DNA of 64,000 bases from Spirochaetota bacterium (GCA_965208615.1 CBDBPB010000001.1:288001-352000), one strand, 5' to 3'. Positions 47,841 through 57,327 are shown, counted from the stretch's first letter. The notes: generated from the sequence alone by a model not told the origin. Program-made: numbers and translations.

Positions 47841-50387
47841 TTATTTCTTAGATGTTAATTTATATATTTTGGCATCAATAAAAAGTCTTACCAACTCTGA
47901 ATCAATATGATTACTATTAACTTCTAATTTTAGAATATCTAATGCCTCGCTCTGGGAAACCGCTACCTTATAAGGACGATCACCAGCAGTAAGTGCATCA
48001 TATATATCTGATACCGCTATTAGCTTTGATTGATTGGGAATACTATCCCCACTAAGATTATTAGGATAACCTTTAGAGTTTAGTCTTTCATGATGTGCAT
48101 AAGCTATTTCTGGTATACTATTAAGCTCGCTAGTCCATGGTATCTGTGATAAAAACTCAAATGTATGAGATACATGAGATTCAATCTCCTTTCTTTCTTT
48201 ATAACCCAAAGAACCCTTACCTATAGATAAATAAGATAATTCTCTATCAGTAATATAGTTTATATAATCTCCATTGGAGTCCAAAATAGTTTTATTTGCA
48301 ATTTCCTTTAAATAATTCAAATTAACTTTCTCTTCCACCACCTTAGGATTATTATTAAAAATAACTAATTCCAAAGCCTTATCTACTTCCTCAAGCTTAT
48401 TTTTTAGAATACTATCCTCATTCTTGATTAGCGTTAAAGCCTTATTCCTATCTTTTTCAAGTAAATATTGTACCTTTTTCTTCAAAAATTGATTTTCTAA
48501 TGTCTTTTTAATAAGCTTAAACCTACTTTTAATAAACTCAAGCTCATATGGATAAAGCTTACTAGCCTTAAGAAGCACCTCTTCTCTAACTCCTACCTTA
48601 CCAAAATCGTGGAGTAAAGAAGCATACCTAATCTCTTTTATTTGATCACTATTAAAATTAATCTTTTCCCATTTACCGCTATCCAACGTGTTTACAGCTT
48701 CAGCCAAACCAACAGTATATATTGCAACTCGTTCAGAATGACCAGATGTAGGAGGATCTCGTGATTCAATAGCATATACAGAGGCTTTTACAAATCCTTC
48801 AAACAGATTTTCAATATTTCTATATAATATATTATTCTCAATGGAAACAGCAGCTTGACCAGCTACCGATTTCACTAACTCAATATCATGACTATCAAAA
48901 TTTATAGTATACTTCTCAATGGATTCAATAGAGTCAAAGCTAATATCAGGGTATCTTTTTTTATTAATTAGTTGAAGAACTCCAATAACCTCATTGCTGT
49001 GATTCGTCATTGGAACAACTAACATAGACTTAGTTTTATAATAATGCTTTTTATCATATTCAAGGTTTAAAGAATATTCAGCGTCATTCGGTAAATTATA
49101 TACATCCTTTAGGCTTAGGACCTTACCTGTTAGTGCTACATATCCAGAAATACTATTTTTACTTATTGCAAAAGAAAACTCACCCTCATCCAGCTTAAGG
49201 GATGACTGCTTAAAACAAAGAGTCTTATTACCACTTTTATCCTGTTCTACTATATAAATACTACCAGAATCGCACTGGGTTAGTTTTTTGACCTTAGACA
49301 AAATTAGACTAAGTAATTTATTAAAATCCTTTTCTGTTGCCAAGGCTTTACCTATATTAGTTAGTACTTCTATTTCTCTAGACTTTTCCTCAAAACGATT
49401 ATTTTCAATGGCAAATGCCGCCTGACCAGCAATAGATATTGCCAATTCCATATCATGACGATCAAATGAAATAACATCACTTATGTTAAAACTACTAGAC
49501 CTCTTATGATTTTTCATTTTATTTATAAGCTGAAGAACTCCAATAACCTTACCTTTCTGGTTTTTCATGGGGATAACCAATAGTGAAGTCGTATGATAAT
49601 TATTTTTTTTATCATATTCAAGGTTTAGGCTGTAACCAACATCCTTTGGAAGATTATAAGCATCACTAATATTTAAGCCCTTACCTGTAAGTACCACATA
49701 ACCCACTATACTTTTTTTAGTTAAAGGAATTAAATTTTCATGTAATTTTAAGTCCGATAAAATAAAACGTAATTTTTTCTTACCATTTATGTCTTTCTCT
49801 ATTATAGATAAGCTGGCTGAGTCTGCATTTGTTAACAACTTTCCTTTAGTCAATATTAGGTTTATAAGGTCATTATAGTTTTTTTCTGTTAAAATCATTT
49901 TTCCAATTTGATTAAGTTCCTTAAACTCTCTATGTCTCTGTGTTAACCTCTTATGCAAAAGGGAGTTCTCTTGTTTTAATATTAGATTTTTAAATCCGCT
50001 TAATACTGCTTGTTTTAGGTTTTCGAAGTTAAAGGGATATGATATTGGATAATGAAATATACTAGATGGTAAATTTAACTTTTCAAACAGTTTAAGTTTT
50101 TCATCCGATAAAAATAATGGTATAATTAAAAAACAAGGTATCTCTTTAGCATTTTTTATTCTCTTCCAAAAGGCATAATCTCTTTTTAACACATCCATTT
50201 CGTCTAAGAGAAAAAGGTATATACTTGATTCAGCTGGTAATTTCATAAGAGGGATTTCAAAATCATCATTAAGTTCCACAGTTAGTATTTTTTCATTTTT
50301 TAAAAAGTCATTAATTTGTTTTAGCCAATTTATATTAATATTTGTAGAAAAATATAATTTCTTAGTTTTTTTATTAGTATAAGTCAT
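47841..50387 (-). CDS. GAF-GAF-HD-GYP cyclic dinucleotide phosphodiesterase
   Basis: Two GAF repeats (SI.GYV.LTG, L.VPM.N....IGVLQLINK), LLHDFGKVG, HHERLN..GYP, DIYDALT. Confidence 0.93.
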   Translation of the reverse strand: MTYTNKKTKKLYFSTNININWLKQINDFLKNEKILTVELNDDFEIPLMKLPAESSIYLFLLDEMDVLKRDYAFWKRIKNAKEIPCFLIIPLFLSDEKLKLFEKLNLPSSIFHYPISYPFNFENLKQAVLSGFKNLILKQENSLLHKRLTQRHREFKELNQIGKMILTEKNYNDLINLILTKGKLLTNADSASLSIIEKDINGKKKLRFILSDLKLHENLIPLTKKSIVGYVVLTGKGLNISDAYNLPKDVGYSLNLEYDKKNNYHTTSLLVIPMKNQKGKVIGVLQLINKMKNHKRSSSFNISDVISFDRHDMELAISIAGQAAFAIENNRFEEKSREIEVLTNIGKALATEKDFNKLLSLILSKVKKLTQCDSGSIYIVEQDKSGNKTLCFKQSSLKLDEGEFSFAISKNSISGYVALTGKVLSLKDVYNLPNDAEYSLNLEYDKKHYYKTKSMLVVPMTNHSNEVIGVLQLINKKRYPDISFDSIESIEKYTINFDSHDIELVKSVAGQAAVSIENNILYRNIENLFEGFVKASVYAIESRDPPTSGHSERVAIYTVGLAEAVNTLDSGKWEKINFNSDQIKEIRYASLLHDFGKVGVREEVLLKASKLYPYELEFIKSRFKLIKKTLENQFLKKKVQYLLEKDRNKALTLIKNEDSILKNKLEEVDKALELVIFNNNPKVVEEKVNLNYLKEIANKTILDSNGDYINYITDRELSYLSIGKGSLGYKERKEIESHVSHTFEFLSQIPWTSELNSIPEIAYAHHERLNSKGYPNNLSGDSIPNQSKLIAVSDIYDALTAGDRPYKVAVSQSEALDILKLEVNSNHIDSELVRLFIDAKIYKLTSKK

Positions 50388-50461
50388 TATCTTTTAACCC
50401 AAAAAAGCAGTATTTTTTAGCATTACTTTTACATAACAATGTCACACTTAAAAAATTAACT

Positions 50462-50495
50462 ATTTAGTAAAAAGTTAATTAACTTTTTACTAAAT
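50462..50495. repeat. Perfect 34-bp palindrome
   Basis: ATTTAGTAAAAAGTTAA|TTAACTTTTTACTAAAT. Confidence 0.95.
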
Positions 50496-50676
50496 GGGAA
50501 GTTGGTATATATAAAAATATAAAGCAGTATAACTACTAGTTAGTTTAACAAGGCTAGATTTTCCTATTAGCTAGTTGAATACTGTTATCTGATGTAAATA
50601 TTATTGTATTATGACGTACTATAACTTAAATAATACTATTTAGTTAATTGATTATAAATTATAAGGTGGAGGTATT

Positions 50677-51888
50677 ATGGATAAAATTAAAAAGGTTGTA
50701 TTGGCATATTCTGGAGGCCTTGATACTTCTGTAATTTTAAAATGGCTCATTGAAACCTATGATGCAGAAGTAGTTGCATATGCCGCAGATATTGGTCAAC
50801 AAGAGGAACTTGATGGACTGGATGCTAAGGCAAGAAAAACTGGTGCATGCGATGTCTATATTGAAGATTTAAAAAAAGAGTTTGTCGAAGACTATATTTT
50901 CCCTGCAATAAAAGCTAATGCAGTATATGAGGGCAAATACCTTCTTGGAACATCATTAGCAAGACCTCTAATTGCTAAAAGGCAGATTGATATTGCAAAG
51001 CTTACTAATGCTGATAGTGTTGCACATGGTGCAACTGGTAAAGGTAATGATCAGGTACGCTTTGAGCTTGCATATAAGGCATTGGATCCAAATATTAATA
51101 TTATTGCTCCATGGAGAGATTGGAATTTAACTTCGAGAGAAGAGCTAATTGCTTTTGCAAAAACCCATAATATTGATATTCCAGTTAGCAAGTCAAAGCC
51201 TTACTCATCCGACAGAAATATTCTTCACATTAGTTTTGAGGGGGGAGTTTTAGAGGATCCTTATACAGAGCCAAATGAAGAGATGTTTACACTATCAAAA
51301 TCCCCTTTTGATGCCATAGATGAGCCTAAATATATTGAAATCTCTTTTTATAAAGGCATACCAGTAGCAATAGACGGAAATGGACTATCACCCGTTGAAC
51401 TAATGGAAACTCTAAATAAGCTTGCTGGTGAACATGGTATTGGTAGAATCGATATTGTTGAAAACCGTCTAATAGGAATGAAATCACGAGGTGTATATGA
51501 GACTCCTGGCGGTACTGTACTAATAGAGGCTCATCGTGCCCTTGAATCCCTTACTATAGAAAGGGATACTTTTCACTATAAAGAGTTTATTAGCCTTAAA
51601 TATGCAGAATTACTATATTACGGTAAGTGGTTCCACCCTTTAAAAGAGGCTTTGGATGCTTTTATTAATCACACTCAACAGGCTGTTACTGGTGATGTTA
51701 GATTAAAGCTGTATAAAGGAAATTGTATGGTAGTGGGCAGGCGTTCTATGTATTCTTTATATAATCCGCAGTTAGCTACTTTTGAAGAAGATAAAACCTA
51801 TGATCAAAATGATGCAAAAGGATTTATTAATTTATACGGGCTTACTACAATAGAGTCTGCCATGCAAAAGAAAAAGCTTGATCCATAA
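50677..51888 (+). CDS. argG: Argininosuccinate synthase
   Basis: [45 protein letters not shown]. Confidence 0.98.
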   Translation: MDKIKKVVLAYSGGLDTSVILKWLIETYDAEVVAYAADIGQQEELDGLDAKARKTGACDVYIEDLKKEFVEDYIFPAIKANAVYEGKYLLGTSLARPLIAKRQIDIAKLTNADSVAHGATGKGNDQVRFELAYKALDPNINIIAPWRDWNLTSREELIAFAKTHNIDIPVSKSKPYSSDRNILHISFEGGVLEDPYTEPNEEMFTLSKSPFDAIDEPKYIEISFYKGIPVAIDGNGLSPVELMETLNKLAGEHGIGRIDIVENRLIGMKSRGVYETPGGTVLIEAHRALESLTIERDTFHYKEFISLKYAELLYYGKWFHPLKEALDAFINHTQQAVTGDVRLKLYKGNCMVVGRRSMYSLYNPQLATFEEDKTYDQNDAKGFINLYGLTTIESAMQKKKLDP

Positions 51889-52016
51889 AAAAAACTTAAT
51901 AAAAAGTTAGAGTATTTATAAAATATGCCTATAATCTAGTGAAAATGAATATTTATTCAATTTTTTTTGAGTTGTTGTTAAGAACACATCTTAGACTATA
52001 TTTATGAGGTATTTAT

Positions 52017-52730
52017 ATGTCAATCAAGCTATTTATTATAATGTTTTCGCTTACTCTTTGTTTTGAGGCATTTGCTATACCCGTTAGTACTAAAGGTATA
52101 TTCAATAAGATAAGGGAGAACTATTATAAGAGTTTTCCAAAAGATTTTACTGCAAGCGTTGTTGGACCAGAGATAAATAAAAGTCTTTCCAAAATACCTA
52201 AGAATGCATATTGTGAAAATAAAAGTCCAAAGGTTAGCTATCTTTATCTTAAGCATAAAGAAGAAAATATTATTGTAGAAAACGTTGAAAACCCTTATGT
52301 AACCAGATTCCAACTATATCTAAATATGTATAAAGGCACTAAAATATTTTTAAACTCGTCAATTTCTTTTTTACAGTTGAAAAAGGTGTTCTATTGGAGT
52401 TATAGACCTTCTCTTAGTAAAAAGTACTACGTAATAAAAATGAGAAGGCATAGGATTAGGAAATCCGACTATATGCTACTTTATGTAGATAAAAAAGATT
52501 TTTCTATTAAAAAGGCTGTTAAATATAGTAATGAGCGTGCAATAGGTACTCTTCTAATAACATATAAGAAAGTAAAAAGTTATAATATTCCATCGAGTCT
52601 AAAGTTCAACATTTTAAGGAAAGGTAAAATGGAAAAGTTTAACTTATTGATAAAGAGCTACAAGCTAAACACAGGATTGACTAAAGAAAAGATCATACAA
52701 CTCCAGAACGACTGTCCATCGCTAAACTAA
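52017..52730 (+). CDS. Secreted hypothetical protein (possible LolA-like fold)
   Basis: Signal peptide; beta-rich LYVDKKDF.I, YKKV....IP, KLNTGL tail. Confidence 0.5.
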   Translation: MSIKLFIIMFSLTLCFEAFAIPVSTKGIFNKIRENYYKSFPKDFTASVVGPEINKSLSKIPKNAYCENKSPKVSYLYLKHKEENIIVENVENPYVTRFQLYLNMYKGTKIFLNSSISFLQLKKVFYWSYRPSLSKKYYVIKMRRHRIRKSDYMLLYVDKKDFSIKKAVKYSNERAIGTLLITYKKVKSYNIPSSLKFNILRKGKMEKFNLLIKSYKLNTGLTKEKIIQLQNDCPSLN

Positions 52731-52771
52731 ATGGGATACTAGCTAGTAATTAGAATAGACCTATCAAATTA

Positions 52772-53512
52772 TTAGACTAGTTCCCAGCAACCGAATCCCA
52801 TAGAGTTTTTTGAACCTATTCCGCTATCATAGGCTATATCGATTAATTTATTATTAGCAGTTATGCTGTATAGTCCTAAATATCCTTCTATAATAAGGTT
52901 TTTATATTTAGTAATTATTTTTTGTGGATTATTTAGTGGTTTAAAGGTAAAAATAGTAGGTTCTATATTATTAACTGTAGGTATATTAAGTTGTGGATTA
53001 GCGTTAGCTTTTTTTAAGAGGTTATCATGTATAAGCTTTTCAAACACTGGATCACGGGGATTATAAAAGTGTATTTTTTTATTATTAGTTGAGTATTGTG
53101 TAACGGGTGATAGCATTTTTATAGTTATTTTATGATTAAAGTTTTGTTTGTTGTGGATTTTAATACCGTTTAGTTTTAATTTATTTTGTCCTAGAGTTAT
53201 GTTATGGGATTTCATTTGATTTTCAATCATACTAATGGCAATCTTTTCAACGGCGGTAGACAGGGTGAACTGAACATTTTTACCAAAGTTTAATGTTTTA
53301 TTTGATTTATTAAATGAGGTTTTTGTATTGCTTTTGAGCAGTGAAAAGCAAAATAGTTTAAAATGTCTTCCGTTTATTTTATATCCTTGTTTATGTAGGA
53401 AGGATGCAAAATCTTTTTCTAGATATTTGTATATCATAGCTTGTATAAAGTGATTATAGTTAACGGGGAGGATAATATCCAATTGTGATGAGAAGCTTAT
53501 AGTAATACGCAT
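52772..53512 (-). CDS. cas6: CRISPR-associated endoribonuclease Cas6
   Basis: P.NYNH.IQ..IY, FLH..GY, FKLFCFS, LSP, glycine loop GIGSKNSMGFG. Confidence 0.95.
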   Translation of the reverse strand: MRITISFSSQLDIILPVNYNHFIQAMIYKYLEKDFASFLHKQGYKINGRHFKLFCFSLLKSNTKTSFNKSNKTLNFGKNVQFTLSTAVEKIAISMIENQMKSHNITLGQNKLKLNGIKIHNKQNFNHKITIKMLSPVTQYSTNNKKIHFYNPRDPVFEKLIHDNLLKKANANPQLNIPTVNNIEPTIFTFKPLNNPQKIITKYKNLIIEGYLGLYSITANNKLIDIAYDSGIGSKNSMGFGCWELV

Positions 53513-53615
53513 TTTTTATTAATGTGTTATATGATATTAAATTACATTTAATTATTTATAGTTAAATGGTTCGGTAGAACTATCTTTTAGATATAGTTTT
53601 TATTATTAAAAAGTA

Positions 53616-53879
53616 AAATTGAAAATGATAAATTTTATCAATTTGGAGTGAAGCTTTTATGATTAATGAGTTGGAATAAGATAGATGTCATGGATATCCA
53701 AAACCTTTTTTATAAAAAAAAGAGTGTGATATTTATAAACATTTGTTTGTATAATAATATAATAAGCATTATGTTGGTATAGAGTTTTATTAATTATTTA
53801 AAATACACTATCGGAGGTTTGGGAATAAATTATAGAAATGCATGTTATAACTTATTGTTATATTATGAGTTATAAATGG
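53616..53879 (+). promoter_or_regulatory. CRISPR leader with promoter (GTGATA-N18-TATAAT at 53726-53755)
   Basis: AT-rich non-coding region abutting the first repeat; segments are duplicated at 54417-54446 and 60604-60665. Confidence 0.7.
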
Positions 53880-54302
53880 GTTTAACCGTACCTATAAGGA
53901 ATTGAAACATATAGCGATTTGTTAGAAAAGCTAGAGCTAGTCACTGTTTAACCGTACCTATAAGGAATTGAAACACTAGTAATCCTATACGTCCTACTGT
54001 TAATATTTCTCGTTTAACCGTACCTATAAGGAATTGAAACTAATTTTCGTCTGTTCTTATTTTAGAGAGGGGAGCCGTTTAACCGTACCTATAAGGAATT
54101 GAAACCATATACAAAATTTTTGTCCGCATTCGCATTCGCATGTTTAACCGTACCTATAAGGAATTGAAACTTTGAAAAACTTCCTGAAAGTATAACTAAA
54201 CTAACAAGTTTAACCGTACCTATAAGGAATTGAAACCTCTAAAACCGCTTACAGGACAGGCATATTTAAACCAGTTTAACCGTACCTATAAGGAATTGAA
54301 AC
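53880..54302 (+). CRISPR. CRISPR array, 7 identical 29-bp repeats GTTTAACCGTACCTATAAGGAATTGAAAC, 6 spacers of 36-37 bp
   Basis: Repeats start at 53880, 53946, 54012, 54077, 54142, 54208 and 54274; the ATTGAAAC 3' end gives + orientation. Confidence 0.99.
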
Positions 54303-54518
54303 TGAAATAGGACATACAAATAACACTATATTTTATTATAAAAACAATATTCTGAACAAATAAAATAAATATCATGACTATACAAAAACTAACTTTTTTA
54401 TAAAAAGTCATAAAACAGTGTGATATTTATAAACTTTTGTTTGTATTATAAAATAAGGTTATTAAAAACATTCTCTTTTGTTTTTGTTGTTTCTTTTGTA
54501 ACTCCTTTTTTTTGTTTG

Positions 54519-54547
54519 TACGACCTTAAGAGTTTCTTAGGGTCGTA
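54519..54547 (+). other. 13-bp RNA hairpin between the array and cas8b
   Basis: TACGACCTTAAGA-GTT-TCTTAGGGTCGTA, one G-U pair on the + strand. Confidence 0.8.
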
Positions 54548-54573
54548 TTTAAAAAGTCTTAATTTTGTTTTGC

Positions 54574-54602
54574 ATTTTATAGTATCTATAACAAGTTGAA
54601 AT
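54574..54602 (+). repeat. Degenerate solitary CRISPR repeat directly before the cas8b RBS
   Basis: ATTTTATAGTATCTATAACAAGTTGAAAT, 20/29 ungapped identity to the array repeat. Confidence 0.7.
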
Positions 54603-54614
54603 AGGAGAGAAATA

Positions 54615-56405
54615 ATGATTAAGGCAATACAAGAGTTAGGTCAGCTTTTATTAAAAGAAAAGAATACAACAAGTATACTTACTAGCCTTTTAACTACCGC
54701 AGATTTAAATAAAATACAGTTAGTACTCGAAATTCATATTAAAAATGGAGAGTATACCAAGGTTTATTATGTTGCCTATCAAAAAGAAGACGGAGATAAA
54801 TATCTATATAAAAAGGGACCTGGTAATGGTGGAGATTATACCCTCTCTTCCAGGCTGAGCAAAGATACAAATACAAAAACCTTTCTTGCTAACAAAACTT
54901 TAAACCGTTTTAAGAACTGCTTTAATAATTTGCTAGCAAAGAAAAGTCTATCAGAAGATGATAAAAAACTAATTAATACCTTAAATGATAATTTTACAAG
55001 CTATTACAAAGAAATCGAAAAAGAGCTATATAACTTAGCTAATAAACTTAACAAAAAAGATGGCTATCTTGTAACTTTCATAATTGATGATAAACCTTTA
55101 TCTGAGTTTAAGGTTTTTAAAGATTCTATCTTAGAAGATTTTTATTCAAAGAGTTATACTAAACAAAATAAGAAGTCTATTGGAACTAATCAAGTATGTA
55201 GTATATGCCTTAATAAAAAGGCTGAAGTATATGGTCTATCAAAGAACTTCTCATTTTACACATTAGATAAATGGTCTTTTGTTAATTCAGGTTTTGATCT
55301 ACAAAAAGCCTGGCGTAATTATCCAGTTTGCCCAGAGTGTTTATTAGAGGTAGAGCTTGGCAAGCGAAAACTTATGAGTGAGTTTAGTTTTTCATTTTGT
55401 GGTTTTCGTTATTTACTAATCCCAAAGTTAGTTACTTCAAAGGATGAAGAGCTAAAAAAGGTATATGATCTTCTAAAGGATTTTAAGGGTCCCTCTTTCG
55501 AAAAAGAAGTAAAACAAGGTATTATTGATGGTGAAAACGAGGTACTGGAGCTTTTTAAAGACAAAAGTAATAACTTAAATCTCTTTTTTCTTTTCTATAA
55601 GATAGATAATTCAGCTTTTAGAATTCTTCTCACTTTAGAAGGGTTTAACCCTTCGCTAATAAGAAAACTATATTGTGCACAGGATAAAGCTCATAATGAA
55701 CCTATGTTTAAAAGAATTAAGAAACTTGAAGTGCTTGTTAAAGCTGGTTATGAGCCTCGCTTTACATTTAAAGTAGTAAGGAATTTCTTAGAAGACAAAT
55801 CATTTTTAGAAATTATTGGCAAGACATTTACACTAAGGCATATTAGCTATCAATATCTTATTGCTATGTTTATTAACAAAATACGCTATCAATTTGTTAA
55901 TAACTATTCTTCACTTATTCAAACATCAGATGCTTTTCTAATTTTATATTTTTTGCACCACTTAAACTTAATAAAAGTTAAAGGAGGAAATATGGATAAG
56001 TTTCATGATAATGACACTGAAGAAGAGTTCACAAAGCACTTTGAAGACCATAAAAGCTTTTTTAGTAATGAGCAATGTACTGCATTCTTAGTGGGTGTTT
56101 TAGTACAAAAGTTATTGAATATTCAATATCAAGATAAAAAAGCCAGTCCATTTTACAAACATCTTAATGGTCTACAAGTTAACGAGAAGCTCTTAAGGAG
56201 GGTGTTTGTTAAGGCTCAAAACAAATTAATAGAATATGAAAAAAACTATTATGTTAAATTAGAAGTTTTAATTTCAAAATACTTTGAGGTTTCAGACCTT
56301 GCAAAAACCACTAGTGATGAAATATCATTCTATTTTATAACAGGGATGAACCTAAGCCGTCTCTTCCTCAAAAAAGAAGATAGCAATTCAGATTCATCTA
56401 GTTAA
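54615..56405 (+). CDS. cas8b: Type I-B large subunit Cas8b (TM1802/Csh1-like)
   Basis: MI.AI..LG, KYLYK....NG, CSIC, FYTLDK, NYPVCPEC, AFLVGVL....L..Q, FYF..GM; upstream of cas7. Confidence 0.9.
   Translation: MIKAIQELGQLLLKEKNTTSILTSLLTTADLNKIQLVLEIHIKNGEYTKVYYVAYQKEDGDKYLYKKGPGNGGDYTLSSRLSKDTNTKTFLANKTLNRFKNCFNNLLAKKSLSEDDKKLINTLNDNFTSYYKEIEKELYNLANKLNKKDGYLVTFIIDDKPLSEFKVFKDSILEDFYSKSYTKQNKKSIGTNQVCSICLNKKAEVYGLSKNFSFYTLDKWSFVNSGFDLQKAWRNYPVCPECLLEVELGKRKLMSEFSFSFCGFRYLLIPKLVTSKDEELKKVYDLLKDFKGPSFEKEVKQGIIDGENEVLELFKDKSNNLNLFFLFYKIDNSAFRILLTLEGFNPSLIRKLYCAQDKAHNEPMFKRIKKLEVLVKAGYEPRFTFKVVRNFLEDKSFLEIIGKTFTLRHISYQYLIAMFINKIRYQFVNNYSSLIQTSDAFLILYFLHHLNLIKVKGGNMDKFHDNDTEEEFTKHFEDHKSFFSNEQCTAFLVGVLVQKLLNIQYQDKKASPFYKHLNGLQVNEKLLRRVFVKAQNKLIEYEKNYYVKLEVLISKYFEVSDLAKTTSDEISFYFITGMNLSRLFLKKEDSNSDSSS
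55992..56405 (+). CDS. cas11: Cas11 small subunit from an internal in-frame start within cas8b (137 aa)
   Basis: AAGGAGG at 55981-55987 then ATG 55992, in frame with cas8b (offset 1377 nt). Confidence 0.75.
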   Translation: MDKFHDNDTEEEFTKHFEDHKSFFSNEQCTAFLVGVLVQKLLNIQYQDKKASPFYKHLNGLQVNEKLLRRVFVKAQNKLIEYEKNYYVKLEVLISKYFEVSDLAKTTSDEISFYFITGMNLSRLFLKKEDSNSDSSS

Positions 56406-56431
56406 GCTAATTGTTTTAAGGAGGAAAAATT

Positions 56432-57316
56432 ATGTTAGATATTAAAAATAGAAGTGAATTATTATTTTTATATGATATTAGTGATGCTAATCCTAATGGC
56501 GATCCTGCTGATGAGAACCGTCCAAGAGTTGATGAAGAAACAGGTTATAATATTGTAACTGATGTACGTCTTAAAAGGACTATAAGAGACTATCTATTTG
56601 AAAACAAGGGATATAATGGTAGTGATGACAAGGATATTTTTGTAAGAGAGATTATTTATGATCAAAAAAATCAACATATACAAGACGGAAAAAGCAGAAC
56701 CAAGAACTTTGATAACGATAAAGAAAAGATAATAAACAGCTGTATTGATATTAGAATGTTTGGTGGGGTACTGCCTATTGAAAAAGATTCTATAACGTTT
56801 ACAGGACCTGTTCAATTTCAGATGGGCAGATCACTCCATCGTGTTTCCATCAATCACATTAAAGGCACAGGAGCTTTTGCCTCTAAGATGGGGGCTAAGC
56901 AAAAAACGTTTAGAGAGGAATATATTTTACCTTATTCACTTATAGCATTTCACGGTATTATAAATGAGAATGCCGCTAAGCATACAAACCTAACTACTGA
57001 AGATGTTAAATTACTTTTAGAGGGTATGTGGGAGGGAACTAAAAACCTTATTACCCGATCCAAGTTTGGACAGATGCCAAGACTATTACTAAAAGTAGAT
57101 TATAAAGATAACTTTTATATTGGAGAATTGCACAAGTTAGTTAGCTTAGATAGCGAAAAAGAGGATGAACACATAAGATCTACTGATGATTTTATACTTG
57201 ACGTGTCAAAGCTAAATATAGCTTTAGAAAAGTATAAAGACAAAATTGTAAAAGTTACACTTATAAATATATCCGATTCTCTTAAGTTATCTGAAAAGAT
57301 ATATGACGCTAATTAA
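56432..57316 (+). CDS. cas7: Type I-B Cas7/Csh2
   Basis: NRSELLFLYD....NPNGDP..ENRPR, VTDVRLKRTIRDY, D.RMFG, TGPVQF, TRSK.GQ.PRL. Confidence 0.95.
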   Translation: MLDIKNRSELLFLYDISDANPNGDPADENRPRVDEETGYNIVTDVRLKRTIRDYLFENKGYNGSDDKDIFVREIIYDQKNQHIQDGKSRTKNFDNDKEKIINSCIDIRMFGGVLPIEKDSITFTGPVQFQMGRSLHRVSINHIKGTGAFASKMGAKQKTFREEYILPYSLIAFHGIINENAAKHTNLTTEDVKLLLEGMWEGTKNLITRSKFGQMPRLLLKVDYKDNFYIGELHKLVSLDSEKEDEHIRSTDDFILDVSKLNIALEKYKDKIVKVTLINISDSLKLSEKIYDAN

Positions 57317-57327
57317 TCACATAAATT

